From contig NC_045696.1 in NCBI RefSeq assembly GCF_009834535.1, positions 71,426,001-71,490,000 on the forward strand: a stretch of 64,000 nt of DNA, given 5' to 3'. Numbering within the stretch: the first letter of the stretch is position 1; each line of letters starts with the position of its first letter. Of the stretch, positions 38,274 to 57,119 are shown one piece after another. Made by a program: the position numbers and the translations under genes. The DNA comes from Camelus ferus (lineage: Eukaryota). A model generated the notes under the pieces. It made no database searches. It was not told the DNA's origin and was given only the letters and a program-made list of their open reading frames with translations.

Positions 38274-38988
38274 TGACTCAGAGAGAGCTCTGTGGTCCAG
38301 AGAAGGACTCTGCCCCCTACTTCTCAGTAGCGCTGATGGAGCAGTAATCATCAGATCCTACAGAGGAAACGGCTGCCTCGTGCATGGAATACAACCTGAA
38401 AATTGATACACTGCAGCCTTGTAAAACACTTCTTTTAAAAAATTAGAAGACCTATTAACCATAAACAACATATAATATAAAATTTACACAAGTTCATTTT
38501 GTTCTCCCTTTTTTTATATATGAATTGAAAAACTGTTTAAGAGGAAGAACTCAAAAGGCAATCACTTAATCTAATGATGTCTATTTTATTAAATGCCCAT
38601 AAAAAGGTCTATTTTACTAAATGCCCATAAAAAGATGTAACTGAACTTTAAAGAGGAATAAAGTTGAGATTTTTAAAAAAGAAACTAAAACACAAACATC
38701 ACATTAAAACATAGGCTTAAACATACCATTTAGAATCAATTTTATAGCATACATGTATATGTTATATAAGTGAATACTTAATTATACACTTATATACTTA
38801 TTAAATGAAAGAAATGCCAGCCAAAATATATTTGTTATGATAAATCTTATATTGTATTTTAAATAAGATTAGATACTTAATATTCAAGCTTCTCATTTAC
38901 ACAATTAAGGACTAAACCAGAAAAGTCTTGCCATAACATATTATAAAAAACCATTATAATCATTAAAGAATAAAAATTTAATGCATTT

Positions 38989-39095
38989 GTGCTCACTTTG
39001 GCAGCACATACACTAAAATTGGAACAATACAGAGAAGATTAGCATAGCCCCTGCACAGGGATGACACACAAATTCATGGAGTGTTCCACATTTTT
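38989..39095 (+). pseudogene. Full-length U6 snRNA retro-pseudogene
   Basis: 107 nt colinear with U6 (gtgctcactttggcagcac...acagagaagattagca...ccacattttt), about 12 substitutions versus recalled consensus, A-rich tail and degenerate TSD. Confidence 0.93.
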
Positions 39096-39371
39096 AAAAA
39101 ATAATTAAAAATTTTTAATGCTTTTAATGTGAGTTTTGTGTTCTATGAAATGTCAACACAACTTTATGAAGAAAAAACTTCTGAGTAAGGATTTGTCTGT
39201 TTTCAGAATATGACTATGTGGCAGAGGCAGCATGCCTTATGGAAAATTTATTTTCCACACACTCAAGTCTCTGAAGACAGCAATTCAGTATCAGATGAGA
39301 GACAGGGATGCCCCAGAATGACTCCTCCATACAAGGTAAAACGCATTTCCATACAAGGAAAAATGTATTAC

Positions 39372-39552
39372 CTTTCTCCACAGAGGTATCAGGTACTGGC
39401 TCATGTGACTGCTTTATTGGTGAGGAAGCTTTCACAGGGGCTGGAATGGTCAAAGGCAAAGATGGCGGGGCATCCGAGATATCTGACTCAGACGACTGAG
39501 GATAAACGGAGTCTTCTCCGAGAGAATGCCGATGGAGCTCAACATCCACTAC
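39372..39552 (-). CDS. YEATS2: YEATS2 coding exon (VVDVELHRHSLGEDSVYPQSSESDISDAPP...PDTSVEK)
   Basis: acceptor tgtgcag|GTA, donor AAAG|gtaata; 181 nt, phase 0-1. Confidence 0.96.
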
Positions 39553-40249
39553 CTGCACAATTGGGCAACAATTGGGCTCATGAATCCATCATCAATGCCA
39601 CAGGAAGTCCTAAACCTATCTAAAAACATGGTACTCTAAGAGATGTGGTAAGTGATTTCTATTCATACTTCAAAGGCAATTTCAATCTCAAGAACTGTAG
39701 GACTTATCCCAGACTATAATCTAATCTGGCTTAATAGATAACTCAATGAAACCAATGAAAAAATTGGGGCACTTCCATTTACTGTTTCTACACCTTAGAA
39801 CACTCTTCTCCCCAGTCTTTGCATGACTGCCTCTTTCTCACTATTAGGTCTCAATCAAATGTCACCTTCTCAGAGAGGCCTACCCAACCAATCTAGCTAA
39901 AGCAGCACCTTTGTTCCCCAGCTACTCACTACTTATTTGTAAGTGCGATTATCTTATTTGCTTTTATGTTTACTGTATATCTTCTCCCTGTTCTCAACAT
40001 AACCAAGAATATAACTCTTTTAGAGTAGTAGCTACTCTCATTTGCTCATTTTTGTATTCCCAGTATCTGCGCCAGTGCAGAGTATGGACTACAAGCTCAA
40101 TAAACATCTTTCAACACAACACAGCATATTTCCCTAAACAGAGTAAGGTTTAACCGGCTAATTCTAATTATAATGGCTACTGCTGCTATATCATGAATAC
40201 CAAAAAGGAAGGGGGAAGATTATGAGGTGGGAATATAAAGCTAAAGCCC

Positions 40250-41770
40250 TCATATTGCCTGACTTTAGATTTATTATTGCAAGGCACAGTAATCAAAACA
40301 GTGTGGTACTGGCACAAAGACACACGTTAGACTACTAGAATAGAATACACCCTCACATATATAATCAAATTACTTTAGGCAAGGGTGCCAAGACTACTGA
40401 ACAGGAAAAGGACAGTCTTTTCAACGAATGGTGGTGGGAAAACTAGAGATCCACATGCAATAGAATGAAGGTAGACCTTTATCTTACACCATTTATAAAA
40501 ATTAACTCAAAATGGATCAAAGACCTAAACATAAGACCTAAAACAACACAACGCTTAGAAGAAAATATGCGGGCAAAGCATCATAACGCTGAATTAGGCA
40601 ATGATTTCTTGGATATGACACAAAAAGCACAGATAACAAAATTAAAAACAGATAAATTGAACTACATCAAAATTTAAAACTTATGTGCATCAAAGGACAC
40701 AACAGAGTGAAAAGGCAACCCACAGAATGTGAGAAAATATCTGCAAATCATGTTATCTGATAAGGGATTAATACAAAAAATAGAGAGAACTAAAAACCAA
40801 CAGAAAAAAAACCAAATAACTCAATTTAAAAGAAAAAGATGTGAATACACATTTCTCAAAGAAGATACACAAATAGCCAATAAACAAATGAAAAGATGCT
40901 CAATATCAATAATCATCAGGGAAATGCATATTAAAACCCCTATGAGGGGGATGGGTATAGCTCAATGGTAGAGTGTATGCTTAGCATGCACCAGGTCCAA
41001 GGTTCAATTTCCAGTACTCTCATTAAAACAAACAAACAAACAACCAACCCACAATGAAATACCACCTGACACCCAACAAGATGTCGACTATCAAAAAAAT
41101 AGAAAATAACAAGTGCTGGCAAAGATGTGGAGAAATTAGAACCCTTGTGCACTGTTGGTGGGAATGTAAAATGGTGCAGCTGCTGTGGAAAACAGTAAGG
41201 CATTGCCTCAAAAAATGAAAAATACAATTACCGTATGATCTAGCAATTTCACTTCTGGGTATACACCCCAAAAAACAGAAGCAGGGACTCAAACAGAAAG
41301 ATGCACATTCTTAGCAGCTTTATTCACAATAGTCAAAAGATGTAAGGAACTCAAGTGCTCAGTGACAGATAAGTAGATGAACAAAGTGTGGTGTAAACAT
41401 ACAATGAAATGTTCCTTAGAAGTAGGGACATTCTGATGCATGCTAAAACATGGATGAACCTTGAGAACATTATGCTAAGTGAAATACGCCAGTCACAAAA
41501 AAAGAACATTGTACAATTCCACTTATATGGTAGCTGGAGTAGTTAAATTCATAGAGACAGAAAGTAGAGGATGGTTGCCAGGGGCTGAGGGGAGACAGTG
41601 AGTTACCGTAAATGGGTATGGTTTCAGTTTTCAAGGACAAAAAGAGTTCTTTTGGAGATGTATGGTAGTGACAGCTGTACAAAAATGTGAATATATTTAA
41701 TACCACTTACCACTTAAAAATGGTTAAAATAGTAAACTTTGTGTATTTTATCACAATTCAAAAAAAAAAA
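40250..41770 (+). mobile_element. LINE-1 3' fragment (ORF2 end plus 3' UTR)
   Basis: ORF 40465..40677 YLTPFIKINSKWIKDLNIRP matches the L1 ORF2 C-terminal region; polyA at about 41760. Confidence 0.9.
40946..41045 (+). mobile_element. tRNA-Ala-derived SINE inserted in L1 ORF2 3' region
   Basis: gggtatagctcaatggtagag...cttagcatgcac...ggttcaatttcc head, (aaac)n tail, interrupts the L1 motif aaaaccacaatga. Confidence 0.85.
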
Positions 41771-41892
41771 CAAAACAAAAAGGAGGGAAATAAACTTTTG
41801 TTTTTAATTTGGCACACATCTTTTTCCTACTTAAAAATGAAGATCAATTTTCATTCTATTTGTTCCCAAATACTGCAGGGAAAAAAACCTAC

Positions 41893-41937
41893 CGTCTCTG
41901 CTCCAAGTGTCTGCAAGCCAGTATAAGTTCTGTCCAG
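41893..41937 (-). CDS. YEATS2: YEATS2 coding exon (LDRTYTGLQTLGAET)
   Basis: acceptor tttcaatag|CTG, donor ACG|gtaggt; 45 nt, phase 0-0. Confidence 0.95.
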
Positions 41938-44900
41938 CTATTGAAAGACAAAAGGAAGAGCATTAAGTTTCACTACACTTACTTATAGAGTTTAGGATAC
42001 AATCTTACCTAAAACTCCTCTCACTACAAGTCTTCATATCAGAGGATCTACTTTTTTATAATGTAAACTATCAATTCATCACTTCAATAAAAACCTTCAG
42101 TTTTCTGGGGAAAAAATTGAGCAAAATAAATAAAAATAACTTCAGACATTAAGGCAGTTACTATAAAGACAGGCTATAAAAATATACATGCAGTGTGATG
42201 ACACAATTATATACTTAGGATATATAAGCACTTTTGAAAAGGAATGAAAATTTAGGTAATATAGGCAATACTAATTACTTGCAATATATCAGCATCCTGA
42301 ATGATTTATTTTAGAGGAGAGAAAGAAGTATAAACTGAGGGAATGTTAATAATATAAACAAAAATGTTTACAATTGTATACAAAGAGTTTAAGTTCTTAT
42401 TCTTATGTTTTAATTTATATCCTCTCATTTTTAAAAAAAGGATTTGTGGCAGCATATCAATAGAAACATTATACTGCAGGATCAACTGTTAAAAATGATT
42501 AAGTTGGGTAGAAAGGAAACAAAGGAAAAATGAGGGGGAAAATATGAAGCTAGGGACAGGTTAGTAAATAGAAAATTCTAAAGGCTCGCAAGAGGTAGAT
42601 TTCAAGTCTGGCTGAGTCCCTTAGAAGCCAACACAGAGAAGACAACTCAGTCATGAGATCTAGTGTTCTTATTAGAAAAGGCAATATAGGGCAGATTTAT
42701 AGTAGTTTCACGGAAGAGATCTGAAGTTTTAATACTTCAACCTTAGCCAACAGTATGACTGCTAAAAAGATATGGGCAACTTTAGGCTACCTCCATTTTC
42801 ATATTCGCTGGAGTACAGGAAAAATTCTCTGTAATCTGCACTGGCCTTATCTTTTATTCTTGGGACTATATTTTAAGAGAGACATTAATAAAACAGAAGT
42901 GTTATCAAAATGGCACAAGGAACCAGAAAGCACAGCATACAACAAATGTTACAAGAACAGGTCTTGCCTGAAGAAGAAATGATTTAAGGAGAGACATGAA
43001 GGCTATCATTAAACATTTTTATGAATTCTTGTAAAACAAAAGTCCTGTTCTGTGCTACTCCAGAAATTGAACTAGTTTGAGATCAAGGTTAAAAAAACCA
43101 GGAGGGGCAGTTTTAGGTAAATTTATGAAAAGAATCTTCCAAAAGCTTGTTTAGTAAATGCATAAATGGGTTGTTTTGGGAATTACTGTGCTCTGTGGTG
43201 ATGGCTGAGGAGTGGTTAGATTACTTCCTGTCAGGGATGCGGGATATGGGAATTTCATACATCCTGAGAACTTTAAATTGTACATAACTCTCTACACTTG
43301 GAGTATTTAGTATTTAATGTAACTATTACAGTATCATGTAACTATTACAGTATCAAATGCAGACTGTTATGTACTACAGAATTTCAGAATACAGAGAGAT
43401 AGCTATGGACTTTAATGGTCAGAAAAAGTCACAAAGAAACTTGAAGAATGGAAAGAATTCACACAGGCATCTGAGGAGGGAAGAGCATGACAGAAAACTC
43501 AAGAGAAGGCCCAAGGCATTTCTGGGACAGAAGAAACTGACCTGGCTGGAGCAGGATGTTCATAAAGGAATTAGCCTGGGATAATTTGGGGGAAGTATGT
43601 TGAGTCAAAATGTGAAGAGCCCTAAATAGCAGGCAGGGGAGTTTGAATTGAATAACTTTCAATCAAAGCTTCTCAGAGAGTAATAGCGTAATGGTTCTGT
43701 TTCAGGAAGACTAATCTTATGGTGGTGTACAGAATGGACTGGGAAAGGAGACAGACTGGAATTAAAGAAACTAAACAGGAGACAGAGCAGAATAACAGCC
43801 TAGCAAGAGTGGGAAGGGCAAAGGGTAGAATATGAGAAAAATTATGAAGAAAGAGAAATGGTCTGCAATTGAACAAATATTTAGAACCCAGAGGGAAGAA
43901 TCAAAGATGGTTCTGAGAGTTATTGTAGAAACAGAAAAACGATACTCCAGTATAAATAAAAATCAATGGTCACAATAGAGGTGTTTAAGTTCTCAAGGCC
44001 AATCAACACATAATAAATAGAAAAATTAAGGAAAACCTGGTAAGAAATAAATGCTGTCATTTTAAAGCTGTGTCTCAGTCATTTACCAAGGACTCTAAGT
44101 AATAAGGACAATACATTACATATGAAAAACTATGTAAGTAATTTCCTTTATTTTAGGGTTTAGGGCTCAGCCCAGTGTGATATAAGATGGTATATGCAGC
44201 TTAAAGTAAGTTAAAGGGAAAGCAAAACTATTTTGCACCTTCTTCTCAGTAAGTGGGAACATATTCTGCCCCTCTGAACAAAGGGGCTGTATGTTCTTTA
44301 CTTGGTGTCAGTTCTTCTCTGAGGTTATAAAGCAACCTTGTTTTACAGTGATGTCTAAAAATAACTAAACATGAAGCTAAGCAGTGCTATCTACCACCAA
44401 TGGAGGGCAAATCTCAGCATGCCTTATGGCCAAAGAGTGCACTCACAGAACACAGGGAATGAAAAAGGAATTCTGCAAATGTATTCAGATTCATTCGAGA
44501 GCAATTAATGGGAAGAAACAATGTGGTAAGCCACAAGTAAGTGTGCTTTGGGAGAAGTTCAATACTAGGATTTTATCTTTATCTTATATAGAGAAAATGT
44601 ACACAAGACTACTACAGAGAGGGCGTACAGGAAATATAAAAAAATGGTTTGTCTTCCAACTATAAAAATCAAATGCTTATTATATAAAATTGAAGGAAAA
44701 AAACCCACGGGAAAAAAGGGCAAGAGAAATTGCCCATAATGTCATTACTTCAATTACTCCAACATTTTAGTATATTTCTTTTGTGTTTTTCCCACCTATT
44801 TAAAATCACGGCTAATCTCATTCCATACATATAGTTTTACACTTTGTGCTTCTCACTTACTATAATGGTAGTTTTTCCCCATTTATAGAAAATATTTTGT

Positions 44901-45429
44901 AAAACATAATTTATAATGGTTACATAATATATAATGCAGATATGTCAGTGAAAGATTTTTTACAATACAAATCAGAAGTATTACAACCTTGCATTGTTCC
45001 TTGTATCTTCTAAAACATGTTCATGTTTATCTTTATCCCTAGGAGATACATATATTCTTTATTCTTATGAAATAAACAGACAAGGCTTATTATTTGTGCC
45101 TCATTTTATAGAAAAAATAAAATGTAAAAAAAAAGATTTCAGTCACTTAGCACCAGGTAACCTAGTAACAGTACACTCTGATTAGAGACTCAGGTCTTCC
45201 AATTATATGTGACCAATTTCTCTTTCTGAAGAATTTATATTCTGCTGTAAAGTGACCCTTACCCCAGCTTTCAGAGGACAAAGGAGTGTTGAGGCAGTAA
45301 GCAAAACACACTCAAAAAGATTTATCCTGCTTCCACTATCCTTGGTCTCTTCTCTCAGAAGGCCTAACCTACTGCTTCAAGTACCAGGTGAAAACAGAGA
45401 CTTCATTTCTGGGGAGCAATGTTTGGTTA

Positions 45430-45582
<153 letters not shown>

Positions 45583-48500
45583 TCACCCTCTTATTCTAGA
45601 AAAGTTTCGTCATAATGGATGAGTTAGAAATTCACATCCTCCTGATAATCATTTAGATTTCCTCATTTGATGCTAAAACAGTATGCTGAATATTGCTAAA
45701 ATGCTAAACTATAAAAGAAAAACTGCAACTTAGACAAGGAACTAAGATGATTTGATGGATGTCACAACATTAGAGCAAAAATCCTTGACAAAAATCCACG
45801 ACAGACATAGGCTGTGAGGTAAATGTTCCCTATTTTAGACACATTTAGTCTTCACTCTGGGAAAAACAAAACAAATCATGAATGCTCTATCTGAAAGTGA
45901 TAATTAATTTGAAACTACCTGTTAAGAAGACTTTTAAAATTACATATGACTTTACATAACTTTAGTGAATAAAAGAATGTTTGTGAATGCTAACTGGACT
46001 AGAGAATTTTCAGTCAAAATTTAATTCGTGAAGGGAAGAAAAAAGGAATATTGATGAGAAAGACTGGTGAGCTGTTGATAATTGGCATTCGGTACATGAA
46101 GGTTCAATATACTCTACTTTGTATATGTCTAGAATTTTCCATAAGAAAAAGTTTACAACTTTAATTGAGACCTTCATATATTCAAAAATCATATGATTTA
46201 AGTTAATGGGGGGAAAAGAGCATGTTTTAAAACGAAAATGAATCACTGGCTTGGAATCAGTATAACAAGAGAGGATGCCAAGACTGCAGGGAGAAAGGAA
46301 CTTTCAGTGGCATGTGCTTTCAGAAAACTAAGGAGAGACATGAATTCAGTAAGGACAGAGTCCAAGAACACAACCTGAGAGGAGTCTAGCAACACATGTA
46401 AACTGCCAGGCACAAAGCCAAGGCCACCAGGACAGGAAAAAGCTCTGAGTATGAGAGCAGCCTGCAAAGTAGGAAAGCAACAGCTGTACCATAAACCAGA
46501 GAAGAAAGAAAGCAAAGCAAACTAGAGTTCCCTGGATGGAAGAAACCAGCCGAACACGAGCTGAGTTAGTAAGAAAAGTAGCTATGAAATCGGTATAGAT
46601 TCAGACAGACAGACAGGCTTGTCGTCAAATGAGAAGGTCAACTTGAGACAGCAGTTTGAAAAGGGGTCCAAAGCCAGAGACACAGTGGGGACTAAAGACA
46701 CAGTGGACTTAAGAAGAATAATTAAAGGAAATTCTTTTGATGACAAATTTAGTCATTTAAAATACAGTAAAGCTAAGTGGGTAGCCTAAATTCATTCTGC
46801 AATATTTGTCGTCAATCACGTTGTTTATATGCTGAATTTTCTCTTACAGCGGATATAGTAAATTAGCTGAGCTCCTCAATTTACGTACATAGTCTAAATA
46901 TAGGCTAATCTCTAGTGAATGGACAGGAAGGACTGCTGTCAGGGAAGACACACAGGCAGATAAGTACAAAGGCCAGGAAAAAGGAATAACATTTTTAATA
47001 AGAAATTCCTCCCTAACGATACTTTTGGAAGCAGAAAAGCAATCCAAGACCTACCAAGAGGCAAGACATCAGCTATGGAAACATCATACTTCAAAAAATA
47101 TATGTATTTCACACAGAAAAGGACTGCTTCCCCTGAACTCACATCTATATTTCTAGATACCTCATAGAAGGTAGAAAGTATTGATGACCAAGAAGGAAAA
47201 CACAGAATACAGGGCTAAAAAAAATGGCTTCACTGGAAATACAGAATGGAGTACAACTCCTCACCCAACTAATTAATTCAAATGGCCAACCAGTCTTTTA
47301 GGATCACTTCTAGTGACCCAGAACTCACTACTTAATGAGATTCTCTATTACACTTCTGAACAGCTCTGTTACAAAAAATTTCATCTTCTTCCTGCAATGT
47401 TAGTTCTAGTATGTTTTCTGGAATCACAAATAAATTCTTCCTCCACATGACTTCCAAAAAAACCTGAAACATTCCATTAAGTTTTTTTCCTTTCAGGGCA
47501 AACACATTCTGTTCCGTATAATAGCAGCAGAAGCAAACACTTACATTGTTTACTATGATCCAACCACTGTTCTAAGCCCTTTACATCTATTATTTTATCT
47601 AGTCTTTATAATCACACTATGAAACATACCCTCTGAGACACAGAGACTGAATAACTAACCTTCCCGAGGTCATGCAGCAAGTGAAGCAGAGATTTAAACT
47701 CACAAAACAGGCTCCAGGGCCATGCTTATTTTTTTAATGAGATATGAACATTGTGACGAGGCTCACTCACTAGGGTGTTCTCTTGAGGGCCCGGCCCAGT
47801 CTAGTCTCTCATGCACCAAGGGCAGGAATAGTCTGCTAACACAGGAACCATGTGTTCTCCATCTTTACAATCCCTGTATAGGTCCTGAACCTAGCATACA
47901 TTTAGTAACTGTCTTGCACCTAAAAGTAAAGTATATAATCATAGCTTTTAGGAAGTTGGCTGAGGATGGTCATAGCAACTGGGCCAAATGCAAAACAGAT
48001 GGTCTTTGGGAGCAGAATCTATCCATGTTCTTCATAATGTGCTGTGGTGAGAAGATACAGACTGCATGAAGTACATACACACACGCTTTGGTCCAGAGGT
48101 AAGATTAACCCCAAGTTTCAAGGTAGTTGCAGAAGATCTCACCTACTCATCACATTACTTTAGATACCTGATGCAAGAAACATCTTAAAAGGCTTGTAAA
48201 AAAAACCAAGTTATAATTAAATCTAGGACACATGTTAATGTTCTGTCCTATTTTATTTTGGTTGCACACCTGAAGTTTAAAATTCAGTTCTAAGAAGAAT
48301 ATTTTAAGAATACAGACAAACTGGAGTGTGTCAGAAAATATAACCTGAATGGCATAGGAACACAAAGTTATATGAGTGACAAATGAAGCAAATGTGAATA
48401 TCTGGCTGGGAAGAGATTGAAAGAGACCCAACAATTGCTTTTAAAATATCTGAACAACAGCTATACAGAAAAGGGATTATAATAATTCTGCGTGGTGTCA

Positions 48501-51492
48501 CAAAGAATATGAAAGGTCTCTGCTCAGGATAACTAAAAATTTCCAAACAAACAGTCAACTACAAATGGAAGAGCCTGCATCATAAATTCAGAATTCACTC
48601 AACATAAAAAGAGCATTTACTATATGCTAGGCACCATGCTAGACCCTAGTGACATAAAAGACAATTAAGAAAAGGTCCCAAACACCAAGAAGTTCTCTAT
48701 CTAGTAAGGGAAACATACATGTAAATTAATGTGTAATGAAAGACTTATATATATTATTTGTTAGAAAAACACAGAGGTGTGGTTGATCATAACAGATTAC
48801 TTCTCCAGGAGTTTTAAATACTAGAAGCATACAAAAGCAAGTATCTATTTTAAAAATCATAACCCTGTAGTTAATAAAGTATGGAAAAGTACGCTCTTAG
48901 GAAAAGTATGTCGTAATGGTATGATTCATAGGCAGTGAAAAACTAACTGGTCAGATGTATAACCACAGACAATTTACACAATACTGTCAGAGTGGCAGGG
49001 ACCAGAAAGAAAATAACTATTAGGGTTATTTATTATTTCATTAATGTGAAAGAAACCTCATAAATTTCACAAAACAAAGTTAATTTACAATCAACAGAAG
49101 AAACTCCAGATGTGTAAGATGAAAGAGAAATGTGAAGAGCAGGTACAGTATAATCTTTTCCTAGGATTTCCTCAGACTGTTACAACACATCCTAATAAGT
49201 GTGATTTGCCACCTTTAACTGAAGATTAGTAAAGATTTCTCAGCAAATACAATTTCATATATTATTGCATGATACTCTTCTACAATTTAAAGGAAATTAA
49301 TGTATTTTACAAATTTCAATTCTTAGGATGAGAACTAAGAAATAAAACAGGCATTGATTTGCACCATTAAGTATTAAGGATTTTATGTAATGAATTTTTA
49401 ATCCCATGGCGGCAATTCAGATATTTATCATCAATAAAAAATACGATTTATACATTTTTTAACTGCTTCACATGCTTTATGTTAAATAAAAACTACTCCT
49501 AAGACTGTCCAAGACAGTATGCTTCTTGTAAAAAAAACTATATAAGAGAATTACTTGCTGGCCTAGACATTAAAATATATTCTTTTTATTATTTACAATT
49601 TTATAGACAGTACTTTTTAAACTCATCTATTTTCTAACACTCTCACTAAAAAATATCTGTATTAGAACACTGGGTTAATTTGGAGTCAGGGTATCTAAAC
49701 TCAGAAAATACTGCTACTCTATAAGCCAACTTAAAACTACAAAATATTCTTACTATCCCAAGAATTTCAGTAAACAATCATTTATTATAATTTAATCCCT
49801 TTAAGAAAGTAGGGCAAAGAAGGATTCATTGAGAAAGTAACCTCTGAGTTGTGTCTTGAAGGATAAACGGCAGCCCTTTAGAAAGACAGCCACACTGTGT
49901 GTGTGTACGTACATACGCATATATGCATGCAGGTGTGTAAATGAAGAAGACAGACAACAGGAAGATAGGATCCCTGGCAAAGAAAACAAGTCTAGGTCAC
50001 AAGTGGAATTCTAGGTGAGGCTAGACAAGCTGTATCAGGCATTTCTGAAAGGTTTCACGAATCAGGTAAAGGCTGAAACAAAATCACAGATGAGGACTTT
50101 TCAACACTATAGTTTTAAGAGTCTAAGAATGAAATTGCTCCTTTATCAGACTCTACAATGTATAAAACAAAGTATCAACACTTTTCTGAAGTTCTATCCG
50201 GTGAAATATGTCAAGAAAATGAAGGGAGTTTTATAAATAGTAAAAGAAAAAAAATTTGTTTGCATTGGAAAACTTTTAGATTGATTGATTCTCCTGGGTA
50301 GACAGGATAGAAAGCTCTAATACCATTAAAAAAAGTGAAAATTAATCATTAATTCAATGCAGTTTCAATCCATAACTTGACACTTAGATTCTAAAGTAAT
50401 CTGGAACAACATACTTACTCAAGAATGGCCAAGGAAAAAACTGTAGAATAATAATCAGGGGAACATATTCTACCAGATATCAGAATACATTATAAAGCAA
50501 AACAATTAAAATAGTATAATACTGGTACAGGAATCAAAATTATCAACAGCATCTAGCATCAGATCCATGTTTACATGAGAGAATCAATCAGTGTAAAAGT
50601 TTTACAATGCTTCAAAGGAGTTTTTTTGGGAGAAGAAGGGAAAAAATGGTCTGAAAGCCACAAATACGAGCAAGAAAGACATGCGCCCCACGCCTAGACC
50701 CAATGGTACACGGTATGTGAGAGAAAAAAAAACAGCTGCCACTTGAAAGTTGTTCTCAGGAGAAGAGGTGTTCCCAGGAGAAGAGGTGTTCCCAGGAGAT
50801 AGCCATGTTTTATTTAACAATGAGGAATGGAGGGAATGTTCTGAAGAGAGTTGAGGCTATAGGAGATTCCACTGATAAAATATGACAACCACTTCACAAT
50901 ACATTCATATAATGAATGTATATGTGATATGTAACATCACATAAAGATGTAAAGAATACACCTAAATGAAATAAATTTCAGAACACTATATGTATTATCA
51001 TTCCATCTTTGTCAAATAACAAAACCAACAACAATGAAATCCAACAACTATACTAGGTTAATGATACACAGTTAAAATATCACTATGGGTAACTTCTGAG
51101 AGGATGAGATCATGGGGAACTTTCAACATTAAGTATTTTGGTAATGTTAGAATCCTGTATTTAATTCTGCTATATTCTGATAATCATAAAAAGCAGTAAC
51201 ATTTTTATATTCATCTGTATCTATATAAATAAGTTAAGCTATTTCCAGAGGAGAGCAGAATCAACTAATGTAATTCAGCTAGTAACAACCTGACAGGAGG
51301 AGACGGTGCCTGTTTAGTGAGACAGAAATCTGCAAGATGGAACTAGAGCTAAACCTATATTGTGACTAAAAGCCAAAGCTGAGTAAATTATTAATAATAC
51401 AAGAATTTCAAGGGAGTGTTCTCAAGTTGAATCACTTTTCTTCCACTCCAATAAATCTGTACTTCTCAGGTTTAACAACTCAAGTGTGCTTA

Positions 51493-56500
<5,008 letters not shown>

Positions 56501-57119
56501 AACCCTAAGATTCCAGCAATATTTAACAGCTCTACCACCTTACCAAACAAAATGAGTCTTTGCAGTTAAAATTAAAAACAAACAAACAAACAAAACCAAC
56601 TTTTTTTGGTCTAAGGGGCATTCCCTTAAAGTTTGTTTTGTTTTCGGATTGTCATCATACAATTTAAAAAAAATTTTTGCTTTTTTCCTGTTAAGTGAGT
56701 ACATGAGGAAGAAATAAATTGGCATATTTTATTCCTAGGTTAGGGAACCTCTAGTCTTTGAGTTGATTTCATTCACATTCTGAAGTGCTAGAACTTTAGA
56801 CTCTTCTTTTTCCTACTCATTGCTGCCAAGAAGGTTGGAACTGGTCTCTTGCATTTTGAAAGCCAAAACAAGCCATTCCCTTAAGTATTGACCACGGTAA
56901 ACCTAGAATCCTTAGCCCTCCCTCTTAAGGTTCTGTCTTTATTTCATAAGGCCCCCTTATTACTTTCTGTTGGAGAATACAGTCATGGCCTTCTACATGG
57001 TCATCTATGCCTATGGTTATCCTTAGTAATACAGTGGGCCAAACTGCATAACCTAGTTTTCCTTCAGGAGTATTCATATGCAGTCTTCACTCTGCACTTC
57101 CATAAATGCTAGCCTGGGC

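Noticed and set aside
39210..39623. 137-aa plus-strand ORF (and 14805..15122, 18792..18992, 23877..24086)
   Set aside because: Shadow ORFs antisense to real YEATS2 exons.
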